Shown here: positions 1 to 12,699 of the stretch, piece by piece
Layout: the number at the start of each line of letters is the position of its first letter
Position numbering within the stretch: position 1 is the stretch's first letter
NCBI RefSeq assembly: GCF_006345805.1
Contig: NC_043000.1
Span: forward strand, 85,126,001-85,190,000
Source: Octopus sinensis
Lineage: Eukaryota
Length of the DNA: 64,000 nucleotides
Reading direction: 5' to 3'
Notes under the pieces: model-generated
Seen by the model: only the letters and a program-made list of their open reading frames with translations
Databases searched by the model: none
Told to the model about the DNA's origin: nothing
Program-made: the position numbers and the translations under genes

Positions 1-341
1 CAAAAAAAATAGTGCCATATAAATTGTATATCTATGTACGAATTTGTGAAATTAGAAAGTCATTAATTTTCTCAATAGTGATGTGCTTCAAAAAGCACAG
101 ATTCTCTAGCTACTTCCTGCAATTCCACACTCGTATAACAATAGTTCTTCAACTGTGGCGCCATATGTATACGATAATCTTGAATTTGTTGAAAATTGTT
201 GGTATTTTTTTAAGGATCATGTTTTAAATATATATCTATAGTGGTTTCAAAATAATCCTTAAAGAAGAGAAATACAATTAGTGTTTGGGAAATGGACGTT
301 ATGTTTGTTTTGTTTTTTAAGAGAATTTTTAAGAGAATATA

Positions 342-744
342 GGCATCGGAACGACTGTGTGGTAAGTAACTTGCTTACCAACAACAAGGTTCCGGGTTCA
401 GTCCCACTGCGTGGCACCTTGGGTAAGTGTCTTCTACTATAGCCTCGGGCCGACCAAAGCCTTGGGAGTGGATTTGGTAGACGGAAACTGAAAGAAGCCC
501 GTCGTATATATGTATATATATATGTGTGTATATGGTTGTGTGTCTGTGTTTGTCCCCCAACATCGCTTGACAACCGATGCTGGTGTGTTTACGACCCCAT
601 AACTTAGCGGTTCGGCAAAAGAGACCGATAGAATAAGTACTAGGGCTTACAAAGAATAAATCCTGATGTAGATTTGCTCGACTAAAGGCGGTGCTCCAGC
701 ATGGCCACAGTCAAATTACTGAAGCAAGTAAAAGAGTAAAAGAG
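342..744 (+). mobile_element. tRNA-derived SINE, family 1 (octopus OR-type), near full length
   Basis: Head TGTGTGGTAAG...GGTTCAGTCCCACTGCGTGGCACCTTGGG (A/B-box-like), central (TA)/(TG) tract, 3' GGCGGTGCTCCAGCATGGCC and (AAAAGAGT)n tail; more than 15 related copies in the window. Family name is from memory. Confidence 0.9.
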
Positions 745-810
745 AATTTTTTTATTGTGGGAAAGAAATGTTTCGATGCAGAAAATAAAGCAAATATCTT
801 ACTTTTTATC

Positions 811-1012
811 TTTTATTTGTTTCGTTCATTGGACTGCAGCAATGCTAAGGTAATGCCTTGAAGGATTTAAAGGAACGAATCGACCCCATATTACATATAT
901 TTTTAGCCTTGTACTTATTCTATCGTTGTCTTAGCCGAACCGCTAAGTTAGGGGGTGTAAACATACCAGCACCAGACGTCGAGCGGTTGTAGAGGGACAA
1001 ATACAAACACAC
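811..1012 (-). mobile_element. SINE family 1, 3' half
   Basis: Reverse complement of the family tail (CCGAACCGCTAAGT, AATCGACCCC, TACTTATTCTATCG). Confidence 0.8.
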
Positions 1013-1058
1013 ACACACACGCATACAAACACGAATATATATATAATATATTATATAT

Positions 1059-1109
<51 letters not shown>

Positions 1110-1195
1110 GTGGCGATGTATGTATGTGTATGTGTGTATGTGTGTGTGCATGGCTGTGTGGTAACAACCTTGCTTCCCAACCACATATATATATA

Positions 1196-1385
1196 ACGGG
1201 AAAGTTTACGAAAATAAACAAAAGACGAAGGCAGGTGGAGTACAAACAAACAAATGTATTAGTATAGCGCTCAGGAATAAAAATAGAAAAAGTATTTTAC
1301 GTTTCGAGCCTACGCTCTTCGACAGAAAGATACACAGAAAAAAAAACAAGAAGAGAAACAAGAAGAGAAAAAAAATGCGTGTAGA
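1196..1385 (-). mobile_element. Penelope-like 3' end (family A) carrying a hammerhead-like motif
   Basis: Shares its 3' segment with 27175-27312 and 43165-43275; ends at (TA)n; contains the fold at 1295-1328. Confidence 0.65.
1295..1328 (-). ncRNA. Minimal type-I hammerhead-like motif, CUGUCGA core
   Basis: Minus strand: TTT-CTGTCGA-A-GAGC-GTAG-GCTC-GAAAC-GTA-AAA; stem I TTT/AAA, stem II GAGC/GCTC, palindromic stem III ACGT. Confidence 0.5.
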
Positions 1386-1550
1386 TGTGTGTGTTAATAT
1401 CAATGTTAATTTATTGATGCATTTGGGCAAGTTTATGTCTGTATTATCAGACAATTGCAAAACGATACTTAAATAAAATTCAAAACTCTGAAAATCCGGT
1501 ACAATTCTTCATGGTTCAAAACGGTTGCTTACTTTTTTACTCAACCTCAT

Positions 1551-1633
<83 letters not shown>

Positions 1634-1729
1634 TACCGAAATATGAGAACTTTAACACGAAATATCTTCGTAAACATAACTTCGTAACATAAACTTCGTA
1701 AACATAAACTCAAAAACGCTAAGAGTAAA

Positions 1730-1831
1730 ATGTGTTTTATATGACACATTCTACCAGTATACGAAGTTTGAAAGTGTTTAGTTACAAAACATTAATTTCT
1801 AAATCTGCCGGTCAAACGGTAAAGATCCGGA
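1730..1831. mobile_element. Terminal fragment of a GGATCTTT-ended TIR family
   Basis: ACATTCTACCAGTATACGAAGTTT...GGTCAAA...AAAGATCC is shared with 28180-28270 and 33895-33987. Confidence 0.65.
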
Positions 1832-2014
1832 CTTTCTGTTACTGGATCTTAATCTGTATAAGAAGTTGGAGTTTATGAATTTGATCAGTCCGAGCACTTA
1901 TTTGGTGCTTATCCAAAGGTTGGACAAGCGTCTTCTCGCCCGAAAATGAACACGCGTGCGCGCACATATATGCAGATAGAAAGAAAGAAAAACAAATAAA
2001 GATAGATACATAAA

Positions 2015-2240
2015 ATGAAACTGGATCTCTTCTTGTCAGGTATCCCAGATGAACCAACTTCACGGCAGGAGGTGCAGATGAGGGCAGCTGCATCGAACTC
2101 TCTCATGCACCAAATGGCAGTTGCTAAAAAGCATTCGTGAAGTAAAACCATGTAGCAACATCAGATGGCGATGCCCAAGCATGGCCACAGCTCGTGAGCT
2201 GAAACTAGATAAAATAAAATAAAATAAATAAATAAAATAA
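2015..2240 (+). mobile_element. 3' end of a CR1-like LINE (ORF2 C-terminus plus 3' UTR)
   Basis: 2015-2140 reads MKLDLFLSGIPDEPTSRQEVQMRAAASNSLMHQ...*, matching the KLDxFLxxIPDxP...SNSL C-terminal pattern; followed by the UTR and an (AAATA)n tail. Confidence 0.7.
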
Positions 2241-2320
2241 AATAGGTAATATACATATACCTAAATGCATATATGATATACATTTATGTGTTGTTGTGTG
2301 TGTATATATATATAATATAT

Positions 2321-2395
<75 letters not shown>

Positions 2396-2726
2396 TGGAC
2401 TCTCCCGTCGTTAAGCGATATATGAGGCTTCGGCACTTGCAAGCAACCTCACAGATGATTTGTTTATAGTGATCAAATGTTTGTGTTCACATAAGCTTAT
2501 TCCCTCCATCAAATTGACATTACCTTACAGGAGCACCGTGTCACAGCAGTGAGCAGATGATCAATAAGACAAACAGTACAGGTCCAGGAATCACATGTCA
2601 GATGCTGATCGCAGAGCAACTGATCTGGAACACAACGCAACGGTACTACACACGATCTTACATTCGTGAGTATAGCACACTAAACACTAAGCTATGCGCC
2701 AAATATATGTGTATGTGTGTGTGTGT

Positions 2727-3003
2727 ATTTTACTCTTTTATTTGTTTCATTCATTTGACTGCGGCATGCTGGAGCACCGCCTTTAGTCCTGCAAATCGAC
2801 CTCAGGACTTATTCTTCGTAAGCCTACTACTTATTCCCTAGTACTTTTCTATCGGTCTCGGGACGTAAACACACGAGCATCCGTTGTCAAGCGATGTTGG
2901 GGGAACAAACACAGACAAACAACATCACACACCATATATATATATACATACATACATATATATATATAATATATATATATATATATTATATTATATATAT
3001 ATA

Positions 3004-3043
<40 letters not shown>

Positions 3044-3255
3044 ATATATATATATATATATAATATATATTATATATATATATATAGGTATATATACGAC
3101 CGGCTTCTTCAGTTTCCGTCTACCAAATCCACTCACAAGGCTTTGGTCGGCCCGAGGCTATAGTAGAAGACACTTGCCCTAGGAGCCACGCAGTGGGACT
3201 GAACCCAGAACCATGTAGTTGGTAAGCAAGCTACTTACCACACAGCCACTCCTAA
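2727..3255 (-). mobile_element. SINE family 1 with an expanded internal (TA)n tract
   Basis: Tail at 2727-2930 and head at 3090-3255 on the minus strand, separated by ~160 bp of degenerate (TA)n. Confidence 0.85.
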
Positions 3256-4094
3256 GCCTATTTTATATATATTATATATATTATATGCGTGTGCGAGTGT
3301 GTATATATATATATATATACATACATACACACAAACGTACATAAATACACACACAACCATACATACATAAATACACATACATATACATACATACACACAT
3401 ACACACATACATACATACATACATACATACATACATACATACATACATACATACATACATACAAACATGTATCATCAGCCACATCGAGGTTGCTATATTA
3501 TCACCTGGTCCAAATCTGCCACAACTATCCTGCTAGCCTTCTACGATTACGACCAACGTCTACTATTTCTGTTACCGACAACGCAGCTTTCATAGCGAGA
3601 GCTCGTTATCGTTACGACTACCACCACATTTATTTATAGCATTGACAAACCAACAAACAAACAAAAATTAATAATCCGAACATTTATTGCTAATATCCTC
3701 CTTTTTCGGTGTGTCTTTGTCTTGCCATTTGCGCGTATCAAAACCATTATAAATAATTGTTTTAAAAGTCGCTGTATCAAAGCCATCATAAATATCATTT
3801 CTTTCGTGCCATCAATTGATAATTTAAACAGGTTGATTGGGTCAAAGGCGGAAAAAAAAATGTTAGGCTTTGAAACGGCTTAACCTCCTGATAAGTCTAA
3901 AAATATATTACAATAACAATAACGTGAGGAGAATGAAGCGTAACAAGTCAAGGTGGACAGGCTAACAGCTAATTGAAATAATTCTCTCTCACCATCCCTC
4001 TCTCTCCTTCTCTTCTTTCTCTCTCTCCTCTCCTCGTCTATCTCTCTCCATTCGTCTTTCTCACTCTCTCCTTATGTATATATATATATATATA

Positions 4095-4138
<44 letters not shown>

Positions 4139-4184
4139 TATATATTATATATTATCTATATAACATATATACACACACACATAC

Positions 4185-4223
<39 letters not shown>

Positions 4224-4855
4224 TATATAATATGTATATATTATATATGTGTGTGTACGTGCACGTGTGTGTGTGTAAACACAAGTCTGTATGTATATGT
4301 ATAATTAGATGTGTGTGTGTTTGCGCCTGTGTGTATGTGTGTGTATGTGCGCGTGCTTGTGTGTGTGCGTGTACTTTTGTGCATATGTATATATGGGATC
4401 ACTTTTCTCCCTCTCTCTCATATTTTTCTCTTTCACCTTTCACTCTACCTTTATGTACGGCCAGTCTTCAAACACCAACTTTTGTTGAATACACTGTATA
4501 CGGGAGTGGGATTTTTACACATTCCTGTTTGCTTTAGTGAATGCTATTAATAAAAATTATATCCGTTGACCGTGAACCGCCATTTTAACAGGTGAACAAA
4601 ATAGAACAGCAGAATCTTTAATTGTCCTCTAGGCCGAAATACAATGTCGCATGATAATAATACGCCAAAAAATATTTCACTACAGTGTGAATGTTTGTGT
4701 GTGTGTGTGTGTGTACGTGTGTGTGTGAGTGTGTGTGTGTGTGTGTGCGTGTGTGTGTGCGAGTGTGTGTGTGTGTTTTTGTGAGTGTATGCATGTTTGT
4801 GCGTGTGTGTGTGTGCGTGTTTTTGTGAGTGTGTATGTGTGTTTGTGTGTGTGTT

Positions 4856-4904
<49 letters not shown>

Positions 4905-5464
4905 TGTTTGTTTGTGTGTGTATGTTTGTGTGTGTATGTTTGTGTGTGTGACTCTGTGTGTGTGTGCGTGTGTGAGTGCACGTTTTCGACACACTGAAAA
5001 CGAAATAACTTAGCTCTCGATACATTTTGGTTCACGCAGTTTTTGTTTATTTGAGATTTTTTCGGGGTAGAACGCGCCCGCATCCTCAGATATTTTGAGT
5101 AGGAGTTGAAGAATTTAAAAGAAATTTTCAAAAGTCATGTGTAAGAATATTTGAGCCTCTATTGGTTAGTCTAGGTCTTTGCAGCAATTCATTTCATTGT
5201 ATGCACCCCATGTTTGAGCTGGTACTATATTGGTGTCACGCATTTGGCAATATGTAGAAGTTGATAGTTCAAACATGATTGCTACCTTGTAGCGAGATCC
5301 CTAATCACAGCTAGGACTGCATGAAATGTCTTTATTGTCCTAAAGTAGCGGTAAAAAGGTCCAACAATCAAATACGAAAAATCTGAAATAAAAGGGACAA
5401 AATTTGAACACAGTCCTGTATATAATGAAACATACACACACATACATACATGGACATATATGTA

Positions 5465-5675
5465 CCGCGCGTGTACCGTTGGCGATTTTTTTCCTCTGTC
5501 TTCCCTTCTCTGGATCTTTCCTTCTCCTATGTTTCCGACGAAGAGCTCCGCTCGGAACGTTAAACCCTCCTTCTTTCCTTCTTTCCTTCTTTCCTGAGCG
5601 TTCAATAATACTATATTTGTTCCACGTCCTCGCGTTGTTGTGTTTTTTTGTGCTTTCATGATTGGATTAACTTTA
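5465..5675 (+). mobile_element. Penelope-like 3' end (family B) with a decayed hammerhead motif
   Basis: Near-identical to 44035-44237 and 47483-47668; motif GTTT-CCGACGA-A-GAGC-TCC-GCTC-GGAAC-GTT-AAAC at 5531-5565. Confidence 0.7.
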
Positions 5676-6119
5676 TGTATGTATGTATACATTTATACAT
5701 TATGTATGTATAAATATATATCTATAATCGGTCAGTTATCCATAAGTCTAGAAAAAGGAACATCCTAAGAAAGTTTTTGAGCAGAAATATTTTACGTAGC
5801 CGTTGATTATGGCCAGTCAGAGGTGAGGAAGTTACCGTTAGTTTTATGTCTATTATTGTTCTTAACAATATAGGTAACTCATCAGACTTGTTGGAGATAT
5901 GAAACCGAGGGTAAATTTTATCTCGGCCATAACCAACGACCACATAAATATTTATAGTGTAGGTTCTGGTGGGTAGATAATCGATATAAATGATTATCCG
6001 CAAATATTGCATAATTTTTCATATGAAACCATTTAATTGCAATAACGTTACAAACGGGAGGACATCGAAACGATTGTAACTAATGCATTAAACTAATTCT
6101 CCGTTTTCTGAATTGGAAC

Positions 6120-6168
6120 ATACATGCATACATACATACATACATACATACATACATACATACATACA

Positions 6169-6202
<34 letters not shown>

Positions 6203-6405
6203 CGTATGTAGGTATGTAGGTAGGTAGGTAGGTAGGTAGGTAAGTGGGGCATGGGCTTGGATGGATGGATGGATGGATGGATGGATGGATGGATGATGAA
6301 AGGATGGATGGACAAGCAGATAGACAGGTAGGTAGGAAGATAGGTAGGTGGGTAGGTAGGTAGATACATACATACATACACAGGCAGACAGACAGACAGA
6401 CAGAC

Positions 6406-6498
<93 letters not shown>

Positions 6499-6500
6499 TG
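6120..6500. repeat. Compound tetranucleotide microsatellite (TACA)n-(TAGG)n-(TGGA)n-(CAGA)n-(TAGA)n
   Basis: Directly visible succession of tetramer arrays. Confidence 0.95.
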
Positions 6501-8009
6501 CATATACATGTATTAGCTTTATATGTGTTGGTACGTGTATATACATATGTATATGTATGTATTTGCTTTACACTTGTTTGTGCACGAGTATGTGCGAATA
6601 TGTATGTGTATGCATATGTGTATATGCACGTGCGTGCGAGCATGTAATATGTGTTTTTATTTGTAGCCGTCGTTATGAACAGATGCTGTTGTAATCGTTG
6701 AAAATCTGTGTGCAAATAGCATTATAGAGTTTATACAATAATTAATTTCATAAAACTGGCTCTTACAAAATAACCATCTGGTTCGCCGAAGGCTCTTGAG
6801 AGAAAAAAGAATAATGAGATGATTAGCGAAATGTGAAAGATGGGAAAATTAAGATAATAGAAACTATGACTAAGCAAAATCATTACACACACACACACAC
6901 ACACACCACACACACACACACACACCACATGTATGCATTATGTTTGTACGCATGCATGTAGGTATGTATGTATGTATGTGTATGTATGTATGTATGTATG
7001 TATGTATGTATGCATGCATGCATGCATGTATGCGTTGAATTGTGCCGAACGAATAACAGGGATGCACTCAATACATGCTTCAATAATATGTTTATATGTT
7101 TGTATATGCTTGTATGTTTGTATATGTACATATATTTGCGTTTATGTTTGCATGCACGTATATTAAAGAATCCAGGTGAATACTTTATAAGCACTTTGTA
7201 GATATCAAATCCAGTTAACTGACTTGTCCAGTGAATCTCGCAGTAATCCATATATGTTGTAAATTCACCAGTCCTATCTGTAAATCCGAAGTTCAAACAT
7301 TGAATGTATTCAGTTTAAATTCAGTGTATAGTCGAAGAGAATAATATAAAATACACAAAAGAATTGAGATTTATTCATACTTTATCAGTTACGTACGTTT
7401 CAAATAGAATAGCACATCCCAAAATGCTGTAATGCAACGTTTATATACATTCAGTCGATTCTATATTTGAGCTATTAAATGCTACAGAGAAGTCAATACC
7501 AGCCTATTGTTACCAAAGGTTTATCACCACTGCTTATATTGTTGACCATTTTTTAGGGGATAAGTAGCAAATTTGAGTCAACTTGTCCCCTTATTTATAC
7601 TTGACCGCTTTATCGGTCTAAGGAGTAGGGAGTATTTGATCTTTAATGTTTAATTTTCATTATTTTTTAAATTTATAATATAGTTTATACTTCTTCTTAA
7701 GACTAGCTTACTGATGATATACTTGAGAATCTAATTAAATGACAAGTATCAATCAATCAATGTAAGTAACCGCTGATTTAATTTAGTCTTTTATTTAGCA
7801 TTATATCTTATCTTTAAAATTATTTTATCTGATGTATCTTATATAAGTCTTATATAAGTCTGAATACTATATATTTCATAAAAATGTATAATATTCTCAA
7901 ATGAAACGGAATAATCCTCTTAATGATTATTTTAATATTGTTCTTTTAGAATTCTCATTAATCAAGCTTGTCTTACTCTATTCCTTATAGGTATATATAT
8001 ATATATATA

Positions 8010-8571
8010 TTGGGTTGCCCGGAAAGTTCTTGCCGATTTTTAAAGGAAAGAAAAAGATCAATAAATACATGCCATTACATTTTTAATCATCTAAATATGA
8101 ACCATTTTGTTGCACAATGCGTCTCCATCTTTCCTTTAACTTGAAAATACCCTCTTCCCAGAAATGAGGTGGTTTCATGGCAAAGAATTCATCAAGGTAT
8201 CTTCTTACGTCATCCAAAGAATTGAAATTTTTACTATTAAGACTATCCTGCAGAGACCTGAATAAGTGGAAATCCGAAGGAGCAATATCTGGTGAATATA
8301 GAGAGTGGGGTAACACATCCCAGCCAAGCTGCAGCAATTTTTGTCTCATTCCCAAAGCATTAAGTGCCGAAAATGAACTTTCTTATCTTCCATTTTAAAG
8401 GGTTACAGAATTAACACAGGGTATAGGAACATAAACCTTCTTCCACGAAAAGATAGCTTAAACTGTGTTCTAAATGGGGGTGTAGTCAAATCCTATTTTA
8501 TGGAGTCAACCATGTTCTAAAATAAGTCGTAAAGTAAGCTACTATAAGTCGGCACGAACTTTCCGGACAGC

Positions 8572-8575
<4 letters not shown>
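8010..8575 (-). mobile_element. Internally deleted mariner (mellifera-like), 566 bp
   Basis: TIRs TTGGGTTGCCCGGAAAGTTCTTGCCGA / TCGGCACGAACTTTCCGGACAGCCCAA between TA repeats; residual transposase on the minus strand. Confidence 0.92.
8083..8393 (-). pseudogene. Fused N- and C-terminal remnants of a mariner transposase
   Basis: ATG at 8393 gives MEDKKVHFRHLMLWE*; the overlapping frame gives MRQKLLQLGWDVLPHSLYSPDIAPSDFHLF...GIFKLKERW...GSYLDD (YSPDLAPSD motif). Confidence 0.88.
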
Positions 8576-8651
<76 letters not shown>

Positions 8652-8752
8652 ACGGCAACGGGAAACTCAGAGTAACAGGTTTTGTTGAATTTTCTGCTGC
8701 TTTAAATAAAGTATATATATATATATATACAACACATATGTATGTATGTATG

Positions 8753-8786
<34 letters not shown>

Positions 8787-8840
8787 TGTATGTATGTATG
8801 TATGTATGTATGTATGTATGTATGTATGTATGTACGTATA

Positions 8841-9056
8841 CGACGGGGTACTGAAAAGTTCCTGTCTTTAACAGTATCGCGAAAGGCCTGGCTGGAGGCA
8901 CAACCTTCCGAGTCCTTTTACATGGATTATGAAAATTGAATGACCGCTTCAATAGGTGTGTGAATCTGAGAGAGAATATGTTGAATAAAATCATAATTAA
9001 TTGATCCTCCTGTATTTTCTTTTACCCAGAGCCAGGAACTTTTCAGCAACCCCTCG
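8841..9056 (+). mobile_element. Mariner-derived MITE (irritans-like ends), 216 bp
   Basis: TA-CGACGGGGTACTGAAAAGTTCCTG ... CAGGAACTTTTCAGCAACCCCTCG-TA; interior retains a decayed KL.DRF.RCV...EYVE transposase tail. Confidence 0.85.
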
Positions 9057-9354
9057 TATAAATATATATGTGGTGGGGGCGGAGTTTTTTCTGTTACTGT
9101 CAGTTTTTTTAATTTAAAATTAAGTGAAAATTTTCGAAATTGGTATATCGATGTAATTTTTCACGCTGAATATAATATTTTTGAAAAATGTTATAGAGGT
9201 TTAAAGTGCGATCATTTTTACCTCATCAGAATACAGGATTTGAAAGCTGGAACTTTCTGTATGATTACAAATGAAGGCAAAACATTAAGACGACGAATTT
9301 TTATTAAGCAAAATGAAAGAAAAACATTACGACAATAAAAGTAGTAAGAAGGCT

Positions 9355-9725
9355 CGCGATGCAGGCGTGGTAATAGCTGTGTGGTAAGAAGCCTACTTCC
9401 CAACCGCAAGGTTCGGGGTTCATTCCCATTGCAAGGTACCTTGGGCTAGTGTCTTCTACTATAGCCTCAGGTTGACCAAAGCCTTGTGAGTGGATGTAGT
9501 AGACGGAAACTGTAAGAATCCTGTTGTATGTGTGTGTCCCCCACCACCTCTTGACAACCGGTGTTGGTGTGTTTGTGTTCCGGTAACTTAGCTTTTGGCA
9601 AAAGGAGTTCGATAGAATAAGTACCAGATTTTTTTTTTAAGTACTAGGGTTGATTTATTTGACTAAAACCTCTTCAAAGTGATGCCCCAGCATGGCCGCA
9701 TTTTAATTACTGAAACTAGTAAAAA
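9355..9725 (+). mobile_element. SINE family 1
   Basis: Head GTGTGGTAAGAAG...GGTTCATTCCC; tail GATGCCCCAGCATGGCCGC...ACTGAAAC. Confidence 0.85.
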
Positions 9726-10779
9726 CAATTTTTAAAGTTTTGGAGTTTTGATAAGTTTTAATGAACAAAGTCATGTAGAACGGGTTTAGGGTAGGAATTT
9801 TTGGCGACCCATGTCTTTATCGATTTTGCTGTTGGAATATTCAAGGCCTGTCTACATACCATTGCTGTACTTGTGGTATTAGTCTACTTCTAAGTACTTC
9901 GATGTAGCTGTCTTGGTTCATAGAACCTTCAATTATTTTCAGGCAACTAGTTCCATGGGCAGAAATTGTCCCCCAAACCATAATTTTCTGTGGAAAATTT
10001 AGTGTTTTTGAAAACATCCCGGACGAAATTCACACTTTGCACCCAATTATCGAGCACTGCTATGGTGGATTCATTCGAAAACACCACCAGCAACAACTGA
10101 AAACCATATTTGATTAATAGGACATCCAGAATAAGTTATTGTTTCAGTCTAGACAATCAGAAATTAATAGCTATTTTTAAATAATCTTACTACAAGATGC
10201 GCTTCTATTATTGAGGGAAATTTAATTTTATTTTTCTATCAATCCTAGGGATTGTTACTCGTTTCCTACCACAGTTACCAGCCGTTTTTGCCATCAAATC
10301 CTCGTTCTTTTACATTTTTTTTCTTTTCTTAATTGCATTAATTGTCCTTGTTGAAACATTTAGTATCTTTATCATTTTTCTCTGTTTAACTGAGACATCC
10401 CTCAAATACACTTCTATTTATCCAATTTTATGGGGACTAAGATCTCTTTGTTTACCTATCTTGGCCTGGAATTGAAATAACACGCTTTTACACTTTAAGA
10501 GCAACTTGTTACATGAATTTGCAACAAATACAACACAGAGTAACTAAAAAGTCATTAGAACACAAACAAGCACCCTACACTGACCACTACTCGACTAAAA
10601 CTGAAGGAAACGTGGGCTGCAACAGCTGGGCGACAACAGCTGGACCGCATAATGCAAGTCAGTGTTGTCACACAACAGAAGCTCATTATTGCCAGATGTC
10701 ACTAGAAACCTCTATAAGCCACAGCTAAACTCAAAGAGAACGTACAGTTGTAATTGTGTGAAAAAGTAACATGATTTAA

Positions 10780-11345
10780 GCTCATTTGTCTCATTTAAAT
10801 AATAATGTTTCCAATACTGAATTCTGGACACGTACGAAAACATCAGAAAGCAGAGCAGACTACATGAAGCATGCACCAAGATGTTAAGGAGAGTGGAAAG
10901 CATTTTTTGCAAGCAACATTTACGAAAAAGTGTACTATATGGAAATATACTACTGCAACCTGAAATATACCACAATTATTAACAAAAACCACCAAACAAC
11001 GGAATAGAAAGTAGATTGAATGGAACATACACGAAGATGTTAAAGAGGGAAAAGAACGTTTCTTGAAGACAACCGTTACTAGACAATGTTTACTTATCAA
11101 CAGAAACCATCGAAAAATGCAGACTTAATTTTTAGAGTACTGTTAGTGAAGAAAAGATGAAGTTATACACAAACTATTACTAAGGGAACCAGTACGCGGT
11201 AAAAAAAGAAAAAAGAAGCAAGCTTTTCGTTGACGTTATTAGAAGATATAAATATTGAATCAAGCTATGTTGGAGAAGAGGAAATTGCGAAGAATACGCA
11301 AGTATGGAAGAGACTAGTCAATGAAATCAGAGTGCGCTGGACATC
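10780..11345 (+). mobile_element. Decayed RTE-clade LINE 3' fragment
   Basis: Fragmented CTKMLRRV, LYGNI, KDEVIHKLL and WKRLVNEIRVR segments resembling 22588-22938; includes a short internal duplication. Confidence 0.6.
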
Positions 11346-12044
11346 ACACACACAGATATACGCGTGTACACGCGCGCACACACACATACACATATGCATG
11401 CACATCTGTGTATAAATGTGAGTGTATGCATCATGCTATGTAATATGTGTGTGCATGCGTGTTGCGCGCGTACGTATACGTACATACACACATATATTTG
11501 TATGCCTATGTAGATATATGCAAATTAATAGCTCCAGTTCTCTGTAGTTATTTCAATTGTTTAGTATATAAACTGACTGACCGCTTGTATTTTTCGACAT
11601 TCGTCAAACGCATGTAGCGTCCCCAAAGTCCATCCCCTCCTCACCGTGGTGGGGACGCTGGCAACGGGTAGTGTCAAATGTCTCTACATGCGGGATTGTT
11701 TGGGGACCGCTTGTCAAATACACATATTCCCACGAAACTTCTTCCATGAATTCTCAATGGCGAATACAATGCCTCGAGGGTGGTGGAAGAAGCCGACTCA
11801 ACCCGCCCAGGGTGAATGTCGCCACAAGTACAAGTAAGTCCTCCCTGATAAAACCCAATAATGTTCAAAAATCGATTAAGGCTGTTCATTTTCTTTTTCT
11901 TTTGTTTCTCTCAATCTACGAAAAAATAGCTAAATGAGCCCTGTTTATATATATATCTACTACATAGATGATGAAGGGTAAAGCACCCCTTCGGTCATAA
12001 GTGACCATGGGATTGTACCGAGAAAGTTCCCCTCCGAGGCTAAC

Positions 12045-12388
12045 CAACCACATGGATCCGGGTTCAGTCCCACTGCGTGACACCTTGGACAAGTATCTTC
12101 TACTATAGCCATGGGATGACCAAAGCCTTGTGAATGGATTTGGTAGATGGAAACTGAAAGAAGCCCGTCATATGTGTGTATGTGTGTGTGCGTGTGTTTC
12201 CCTCCATCATTGCTTGACAACTGATGTTGGTGTATTTACGTCCCCGTAACTTTGCGGTTCGGCAAAAGAGACCGATAGAATAAGTACTAGGCTTACAAAG
12301 AATAAGTCCTAGGGCCGAGTTATTCGACTAAAGACGGTGCTCCAGCATGGCCGCAGTCAAGTGACTTAAAAAATAAAAGAATAAAAGA

Positions 12389-12390
<2 letters not shown>
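12045..12390 (+). mobile_element. SINE family 1, 5'-truncated
   Basis: GGTTCAGTCCCACTGCGTG through CAGCATGGCCGCAGTCAAG and (AAAAGAAT)n tail. Confidence 0.85.
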
Positions 12391-12423
<33 letters not shown>

Positions 12424-12699
12424 TGTATGTATGTATGTATGTATGTATGTATGTATTGCTAGCACTGCATTTCGGCATTGCCCGCGTGTTGTGACCTACA
12501 GCCACATTGTATTATTCGTTTCTTACTTATGGGCAGAATTGGCACAGCTGATATATAGTGAACTGGATTACTGGTGTAATGAAAGTTATTGTTTGCTTAA
12601 AAGTGAAGGGGTGGGTACAATTTCCATGGATTTGCATGAAAGTGCTCTCTGTTCTTAAGAAGGATCACAAACTATGTATTGTTTTATCGTATAAAAGGG

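Noticed and set aside
342-430. tRNA genes at SINE heads
   Set aside because: A/B-box-like heads run into SINE bodies with no complete cloverleaf.
5790-5940. CTGATGA on the minus strand with a GTTACC/GGTAAC stem
   Set aside because: The stem is followed by TTCC rather than GAAA, and no stem I or NUH is in register.
11615-11750. HDV-like ribozyme candidate (GTCCCCA/TGGGGAC, TCCTCAC, ACGAA)
   Set aside because: The L3-equivalent is 14 nt, P2 is only 3-4 bp, and TCCTCACC/GGTGGGGA folds better as a simple hairpin.
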